Shown here: positions 54,824-60,705 of the stretch, piece after piece
How positions within the stretch are numbered: position 1 is the stretch's first letter
Layout: each line of letters opens with the position of its first letter
NCBI GenBank assembly: GCA_025454475.1
Contig: JALOOJ010000003.1
Span: forward strand, 1-60,705
Direction of reading: 5' to 3'
DNA: 60,705 nt
Source: Anaerolineae bacterium
GTDB taxonomy: Bacteria > Chloroflexota > Anaerolineae > B4-G1 > SLSP01
The notes under the pieces: model-generated
Told to the model about the DNA's origin: nothing
Database searches by the model: none
Seen by the model: the letters and a program-made list of their open reading frames with translations, nothing else
Translations under genes and position numbers: made by a program

Positions 54824-55845
54824 GGTGTGTGATCCTCGCCAGGCGTCGCAGCGCTGTGGGGAGACTTCGTATGAGCCGGTGCTACCATCATCAGGGCAAA
54901 GAGCGTGGCTCCCAGTAACGACGTTAGGATACCCAGAGGGACCTCGCCCGCAAAGGCGACCCGTGCGATATCATCACAGACCAGGGCGAAATTTCCCCCC
55001 AAAAGGATGGATCCTGGGAGGGCGCGTTGGGCATCGGCACCGAAGATCCGACGGGCAAACTGTGGCACGATGAGGCCGATCCATCCCACAATCCCGGAGA
55101 CGGAAACGACGGCAGCCGTCGCCGAGACCACCGCCACGAGGAGCAGCCCCCGCTCCCGCGCTGGCGCGCTCCCCAGCGAGATCGCAATCTTGTCCTCCAG
55201 CGAGAGCAGATTGAGCCGCCACCGCATAAGATAAGCGATCACAAGGGCCACGACCGCCACCGGCACGATCGAGAGCGTCTCAGTCCAGGTCACTCCCCAG
55301 AGCGCACCCAACAGCCAAAAGACAAGCTCAGGGAGCTGCGTCAACGGGTCCGCCACGTACTTGAGCAGCCCCACGCCAGCGGAAAAGAGCGCGGACACCG
55401 CGATGCCCGCGAGGATCAGGCGCAGCGTCCACCCACCGTAGCGGATGCGGCGGGCCAGAAGCGTCGATAGCGCCAATCCAAGCAGTGCGAAAAGGGCGGC
55501 GATGCCTTGAAGGGCGAAAGAGGAGGCGCCGACCACGATGATGCCCAACGCGGCGCCGAAGGCTGCACCCTGAGACACGCCGAGGAACCCGGGCTCGACC
55601 AGGGGATTCCTGAAAAGCATCTGGAGGGCGAAACCGGCGGCGGAGAGTACCATCCCCAGTAGGCAGGCCATGATGATCCGTGGCAGGCGCAGGTTAAGCA
55701 CCAACTGGTACGCCAGCGGATCCTCCCACAGTAACCGCGGTGGGGTCCAATAGGGTTGGGGATACCGCCCGAGAAAAACGGACGCCACAAACAGCGCTAC
55801 CAGGAGCGCCCCCAGGATCAGGGTACTGCGTCGCGTGTCGCCCAT
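54820..55845 (-). CDS. FecCD/BtuC family ABC permease
   Basis: LRLPRI, QMLFRNPLVEPGFLGVSQGA, GIVGWIGLIVP, EVPLGILT. Confidence 0.93.
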   Translation of the reverse strand: MGDTRRSTLILGALLVALFVASVFLGRYPQPYWTPPRLLWEDPLAYQLVLNLRLPRIIMACLLGMVLSAAGFALQMLFRNPLVEPGFLGVSQGAAFGAALGIIVVGASSFALQGIAALFALLGLALSTLLARRIRYGGWTLRLILAGIAVSALFSAGVGLLKYVADPLTQLPELVFWLLGALWGVTWTETLSIVPVAVVALVIAYLMRWRLNLLSLEDKIAISLGSAPARERGLLLVAVVSATAAVVSVSGIVGWIGLIVPQFARRIFGADAQRALPGSILLGGNFALVCDDIARVAFAGEVPLGILTSLLGATLFALMMVAPAHTKSPHSAATPGEDHTP

Positions 55846-55987
55846 ATGCTATGGTGTCGGGCGAACCGTCGTGTTCGCCCACGAGAAAGCACTCCCCGAC
55901 GCAGCACACCCGCTCCATCGCCCGGAGGCGAACAAGACAGTTCGCCCCACGTCCCGGAGCCGACGGGCCCTCTGCACTCCCGCGCTA

Positions 55988-57142
55988 TCAACGCGCCACA
56001 TCGCCCGTCAGTAAGGGCAGAACCTCCGCCTCCACCGTTGCATCGTCCAGACCGTAGAGTTCGCCGTAGAATGCCTCGATCTCGCTGCGCAGTTCCACGC
56101 CGCCGAACAGCTCAGGGTGCATCTTGGTCGTCATCCACGTCAGGCCCAGGATCCATCGCGAGTCCGGCTGGTCCCAACTGTAGAAGTCGCCGGGGAACCC
56201 GAACACCTGCCCCTGCTGGACAGCAGCCAGTCCTTGCCATGCTGGATCGGCGGTGAGCTGCGCAACCACGTCATCCACCTTCTGGAAGTAGCTGATGACG
56301 AAGATCCGGTCAGGATTCCAGGCCGCGATCTGCTCCAGGCCGACGACCGTCCAGCCGCCACCGCTAGCCTTAGTCCAGACCGGATCGCCGCCGGATAGCT
56401 CGACCATACGGGTCTGGATGAACGTCGTCGGGGGCACCTCGAATGCGATTACGTCACCCTCCGTGGTCGTCTGCAAGACCAGCGCAGAGGGGCGATCCGA
56501 TGCATCGAGCCCCGCCAGGGCAACCTTGATGCGATCCATCCGGCTGTGGTAGAAATCCTGGATCCCCTCCGCGCGTTGCGGGTTCGCGAAGATCGTGCCC
56601 AATATGGCGATATCACGCTCGTATTGCTCTGGCGTTTCCAGAGAGAGATAGACCACCGGGATGCCCGCTGCCTCCAGGGCTTGGCCGACACTTTCATGCA
56701 TCATCTGCTTGAGAAAGACCAGATCGGGCTGGGCTGCCGCAATCTGCTCCGCCGTGGATTCCAGGGTCAGGGTGAGTTTAGCCGCGTAGTTGGGTTCTAG
56801 GAGCGTCAGGAATGGCGCCGTCGACTGCTGCGCCTTGGTCAGGGCGACCACGCGTTCCCTCGCCTCAGGAAAGGCGTAGATCGCGTCATTGAGCATGAAG
56901 TTGGCCTTGCCCGCGATCACAATCCGTTGGGGCGGACTCTCAAACATGACCGTCCGACCCAGCGCGTCTTCGACCACGATCTTGGAACTCGGTGCGGGAG
57001 TCGGGGGCGAGGGCGTGTGAGGAGGGGCGCATGCCACACCCACCAGTAAGAGCAGCAAACCTGAACCGATCATGAGGCTGAGACCCGGTCCGCGTCTGCG
57101 CTGTCGACCTTGGACGTCTTCGATTCCGATCGCGAGATCCAC
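55988..57142 (-). CDS. Metal-chelate (iron-siderophore/cobalamin-type) ABC substrate-binding lipoprotein; start uncertain
   Basis: AGGAG RBS before GTG 57142; lipobox GVAC; VEDALGRTV...PQRIV, EQIAAAQPDLV, EQIAAWNPD, W..L.AVQQGQV. Confidence 0.88.
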   Translation of the reverse strand: MDLAIGIEDVQGRQRRRGPGLSLMIGSGLLLLLVGVACAPPHTPSPPTPAPSSKIVVEDALGRTVMFESPPQRIVIAGKANFMLNDAIYAFPEARERVVALTKAQQSTAPFLTLLEPNYAAKLTLTLESTAEQIAAAQPDLVFLKQMMHESVGQALEAAGIPVVYLSLETPEQYERDIAILGTIFANPQRAEGIQDFYHSRMDRIKVALAGLDASDRPSALVLQTTTEGDVIAFEVPPTTFIQTRMVELSGGDPVWTKASGGGWTVVGLEQIAAWNPDRIFVISYFQKVDDVVAQLTADPAWQGLAAVQQGQVFGFPGDFYSWDQPDSRWILGLTWMTTKMHPELFGGVELRSEIEAFYGELYGLDDATVEAEVLPLLTGDVAR

Positions 57143-57295
57143 GGTGTTTTCACTCCTATGAGTCAATGTAGCGCTATTCTACGCGACATCGATGGAGCTT
57201 CAATGGTTTTGTGCGGGACTTCGCTAATGCTAGAATAGGCCACAGGACCTGGACACAGATGAGGCCAGGCCGCCCGCCCCACTACAGGAGTTAGC

Positions 57296-58501
57296 ATGAG
57301 GATCGAAGTCGACACCCGGATTCCCTACGGCAATGCGTGCGATCTTTCGCTCGATATCCTGGGCGACATTGTAGAAGTCGGCTTCTCGCCCGATCCACAC
57401 TGGGGCCCGGAGACGCTGTGGTTCTGCTTCCGCCTCTGTTGCTCGGGTGCTCCCGAACCGGCGCTGAACGAGAGCCCAGCACCAGATTGCCAAGCCCTGG
57501 CCGGGGTCCGCCTCGTACTCAAGCACAGCGCCAACATGCTCGGCGGCAATGAGCCATCGGCGATGCGCCCGGTTGTGCGCTATGATGATAGTGAGTGGCG
57601 GCGGCTACCGAAGGGCGACCTGGAGCGCCTTCCCGATGGAAGGGTAACCATCAGCTGGTCTGTCGGGACGCCCGAACACACGCTCGATGTCGCATATTGC
57701 TATCCCTATGGCCTGGGCGAGGTCCGGGCGCTCGTTACTGAGACAGACGATGCCTGGGCCGTTGATACCATCGGCGTGAGCCAGGCGGCGCGCCCGCTGC
57801 TCCGGCTGAGCAATGGCTACGGGACCGACGGCGGACAACGCCCGGGGCTCTATCTGATGGCGCGCCAGCATTCCGGGGAAACGCCCGGTTCCTGGGTACT
57901 CGACGGGTTCCTGAGAGCTATGGCCACCTTTGGAGTCAATGCCCCTCTGGTCTGGGCGATCCCGCTGGCGAATATCGACGGCATCGAGCAAGGCGATTAT
58001 GGCAAGGACAACTTCCCCTACGACCTCAACCGCGCCTGGGGCCGCCCGCCGATGCGACACGAGGTGTTGGTGTTCCAGCGCGACCTGTGGCGGTGGCGGG
58101 CGCGATGCCGGCCTGTGTTGGCGATCGACTTCCACGCGCCAGGCGCGTGCGAGGCAAACGGCGTCTATGCCTACGTTCCCGACCCCGATACGGACCGCGG
58201 TGCCCATGAGGTCGTCCTGCAGTGGGCTGACTGGACCGGAGAGGCTCTGGGGACACCCTATGCGGCCCGTGAGTTCGCGCGAGTCGCGCGATATCCCTCC
58301 CGTTGGGAAACGCCCAGCTTCCGCTCCTATCTCTGGTCCCAGTTGGGAGTACCGTGCATCACCTTTGAGACGCCGTACACGCTAGTCGGGGATAACGTCC
58401 TCACACAGGAGGACTACCGCGAGATCGGTCGCCGCATCGCAAACGGCGTAATGCAGGGGTTGCATGCGCTAGGGCTCGATGGCGAGGTAACCTATGAGTA
58501 G
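57296..58501 (+). CDS. Cytosolic M14-type zinc carboxypeptidase
   Basis: AGGAG RBS; ARQHSGE (HxxE), NIDG, DLNRAW, IDFHA, TFE. Confidence 0.85.
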   Translation: MRIEVDTRIPYGNACDLSLDILGDIVEVGFSPDPHWGPETLWFCFRLCCSGAPEPALNESPAPDCQALAGVRLVLKHSANMLGGNEPSAMRPVVRYDDSEWRRLPKGDLERLPDGRVTISWSVGTPEHTLDVAYCYPYGLGEVRALVTETDDAWAVDTIGVSQAARPLLRLSNGYGTDGGQRPGLYLMARQHSGETPGSWVLDGFLRAMATFGVNAPLVWAIPLANIDGIEQGDYGKDNFPYDLNRAWGRPPMRHEVLVFQRDLWRWRARCRPVLAIDFHAPGACEANGVYAYVPDPDTDRGAHEVVLQWADWTGEALGTPYAAREFARVARYPSRWETPSFRSYLWSQLGVPCITFETPYTLVGDNVLTQEDYREIGRRIANGVMQGLHALGLDGEVTYE

Positions 58502-59506
58502 TCCAACGTCACAGCCCGTGTTGGCGATCACAATGGGCGATCCCGCGGGGATAGGCCCGGAAATCGTGCTGAAAGCGCTGGCCCGCAAGGACGTGGTCCG
58601 CCGCTGTCACTTCTTGGTGGTCGGCGACCGGCGCATCCTGGAGCGCGCTATGAGATGGGAAAGTGTGCCTCATGTCGACATGAGGACAGTCACAGACCCT
58701 CTGCAAAGCATCGGCTCGCCGGTGCCCGTGGAAGGCCAGATCGACCTGCTGGACTTGGGCAATGCAGACCCCGATCTCTGTGAAGTCGGAGCGGTGAGTG
58801 CGCCAAGCGGACGCGCAGCGGTCGAGTACGTCCAGCGCGCGTGCGACCTCTGCCTAGAAAGCTACGCCGCAGCGATGGTCACGGCCCCTCTCAACAAGGA
58901 CGCGATGAATCAGGCCGGCTACACCTATGCCGGGCATACGGAACTGCTGGCTGAACGAACCGGCGCGACGAAGGTCAGTATGCTCCTGGTCGGTCCGGGT
59001 CTGCGCGTTGTGCACGTCAGCACACACGTCGCCCTGGAAGATGCTGTCCGGCGCGTAAGGCAGGACCGCGTGGCCGAGGTGATCGACCTGGCTTACCGTG
59101 GCTGCAGGGCGCTGGGCATCGCCGCGCCAAGAATAGGCGTCGCCGGGCTTAAGGGCTCTTCGGCGACCAAGAATCGCGTGAGATCATGCCTGCGGTGATC
59201 GCCGCACGGGCCCGTGGACTCGATGTCTCCGATCCACAGCCGCCCGACACTGTGTTTCTGAGAGCCACGCGAGGCGCCTATGACATCATCGTCGCGATGT
59301 ACCACGACCAAGGGCACATCCCGATGAAACTCCTGGCCTTTGACGAGGGCGTGAATGTCAGCCTTGGCCTGCCGATTATCCGCACGTCGGTAGACCATGG
59401 CACTGCCTTTGACATCGCCGGGACTGGACAGGCGCGCGAGACCAGCCTCATAGCGGCCATTGACGTGGCATTGCAGATGGTCGCAGCAAGGCGGGAAGGC
59501 CAGTGA
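58494..59506 (+). pseudogene. pdxA: PdxA-family dehydrogenase (PdxA2-like) split by a frameshifting deletion at about 59152
   Basis: ITMGDPAGIGPE, TAPLNK, GHTELLA, then VAGL with no NPHAGE; shifted frame resumes [50 protein letters not shown]. Confidence 0.85.
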
Positions 59507-59524
59507 GCGAATAGGCGAGTTAGG
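59502..59524. repeat. Short octamer micro-repeat copy beginning at the pdxA stop codon
   Basis: AGTGAGCGAATAGGCGAGTTAGG; same motif family as the hypD-hypE junction sense strand GAGTGAGCGAATGAGCGAA. Confidence 0.5.
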
Positions 59525-59533
59525 GACGCTAAA

Positions 59534-60705
59534 ATGATGACGACATCGGTGGTGGTGATAGCGGATGACCTGACCGGCGCCGCGGATAGCGCCGCGGCGT
59601 TCGCGCGTCAAGGATTCAGGACGATGGTCCTGTGGGAGGGGACGCCCTTGCCTGAAGCGGACGTCCTGGTCTTCACCACAGAGAGCCGTCACGGTTCGGT
59701 CGAAGAGGCCATCAGACGGGTCGATGAGGCAGCCAGACGATTCACAACCGCTCCCAACATCCGGGAGCAGGCATGGATCTACAAGAAGGTGGACTCGACG
59801 CTGCGCGGTCACCCCGGCCCGGAGTTGGCGGCGCTGATGGCAGGCCTGGGGGCGCCTCGCGTCCTCGTGGCGCCGGCATTCCCTGCCCAGGGTCGCGTGA
59901 CGCGAAATGGGACACAGTACGTGCATGGGATTCCTTTAGCAGAATCCGCGTTTGGGCGCGAAGTCCGGACTTCGAGTGTCAGCGAGCGCTTCGCCGTAGG
60001 ATTTGCACGCGGCGCAGTCCACCGGCTGATGCTGACGACGATACGGAAGGGAGTCGCCGCAGTGGCTGCCGTGTTGGCATCGACTGAGGGAATCGTCGTC
60101 GCCGACGCGGAGACGGACGCCGATCTGGACAACCTGACCGCGGGCGCGCACCTCAGCAATACGCGGCTGCTCTGCGGGTCGGCGGGCCTCGCCGGTGCAC
60201 TCACGCGGACGCTGACCACACACGCGGGAAAGGCCGCTCAGCCGGCCCAGCAGCCGAAGCGACGATGGGTGGGCGAGTCTATGCTTGTCGTCGCGGCGAG
60301 TCGTCATCCGCAGACAGTTCGACAAGTAGAGACTGCCGAAGCATCAGGGATAGCGGTGATCCGGCCCGGTCTGGCATGGTTCCTGGAGCGAAATGGTTCC
60401 ACCCTACCCCTCCCGGGTACGGGGACTTCGCCCTCGCCCCCGCGAGACGGGGCCCGACGCGAAGCGAGGACGGAGCAAGAGGCACTGCTCGCTGACTGTA
60501 CACGGCATCTGGGCCACGAATCGCTCATCATCACCAGCCAGGGCCTCCCTGAGTTGCCTGGACGTGGCGCGGACATCGTAGCCTACCTCGCTGAGATTGT
60601 CCACGAGCTCATCACCAGAACACCACCCGCAGGCCTCGTCCTGACCGGCGGCGATATAGCTATGGGGGTGGGCCGTGCGCTCGGGGCCGAGGCGCTCCGG
60701 CTTCA
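59534..60705 (+). CDS. Four-carbon acid sugar kinase family (DUF1537, DtnK/YgbK-like), 3' end outside window
   Basis: Translated by hand (absent from the ORF track because it has no stop in the window): IADDLTGAAD, YKKVDSTLRG, APAFPAQGRVT, CGSAGLA, LVLTGGD. Confidence 0.92.
   Translation, partial: MMTTSVVVIADDLTGAADSAAAFARQGFRTMVLWEGTPLPEADVLVFTTESRHGSVEEAIRRVDEAARRFTTAPNIREQAWIYKKVDSTLRGHPGPELAALMAGLGAPRVLVAPAFPAQGRVTRNGTQYVHGIPLAESAFGREVRTSSVSERFAVGFARGAVHRLMLTTIRKGVAAVAAVLASTEGIVVADAETDADLDNLTAGAHLSNTRLLCGSAGLAGALTRTLTTHAGKAAQPAQQPKRRWVGESMLVVAASRHPQTVRQVETAEASGIAVIRPGLAWFLERNGSTLPLPGTGTSPSPPRDGARREARTEQEALLADCTRHLGHESLIITSQGLPELPGRGADIVAYLAEIVHELITRTPPAGLVLTGGDIAMGVGRALGAEALRL

Noticed and set aside
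57143-57295. Cobalamin or other riboswitch upstream of the metal-chelate ABC operon
   Set aside because: No B12-box or other recognisable conserved motif by eye; an Infernal/Rfam scan would be needed. Substrate left unassigned.

Overview
60.7-kb window of a GC-rich bacterium, most likely Chloroflexota/Anaerolineae (inference from gene content and protein style; not verifiable here). The main feature is a ~19-kb minus-strand hydrogenase region (10014-29171). In order of transcription it holds: DRTGG, CBS-fused anti-sigma-type kinase, DRTGG, PHP, then a HydC/HATPase/HydD/HydB-like module, a second NuoE/NuoF pair, an extended HoxU/NuoG-like subunit, group 3d-like [NiFe] HoxYH, a maturation protease and hypABFCDE. 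It therefore encodes two distinct flavin (diaphorase) modules, one with bifurcating-type and one with non-bifurcating-type signatures, but only one catalytic hydrogenase, inside a neighbourhood normally seen around [FeFe] hydrogenases. Second, a family of 7/8-nt micro-repeat elements sits in frame inside hypF (several sites) and in the hypE N-terminus, giving near-identical foreign peptides in both proteins; short copies also follow stop codons elsewhere. The rest comprises tRNA-fMet, an alpha-2-macroglobulin lipoprotein, an FNT channel, hisS, NAD kinase, two GT4 enzymes (one SPS-like), several peptidases, rplS, a multi-domain secreted glycosidase, ubiX, a GHMP kinase, a metal-chelate ABC transporter, a frameshifted pdxA-family gene and a four-carbon acid sugar kinase that runs off the window end. 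No CRISPR array, rRNA, transposase or integrase was seen. All family calls come from motif recognition by eye, not database searches.
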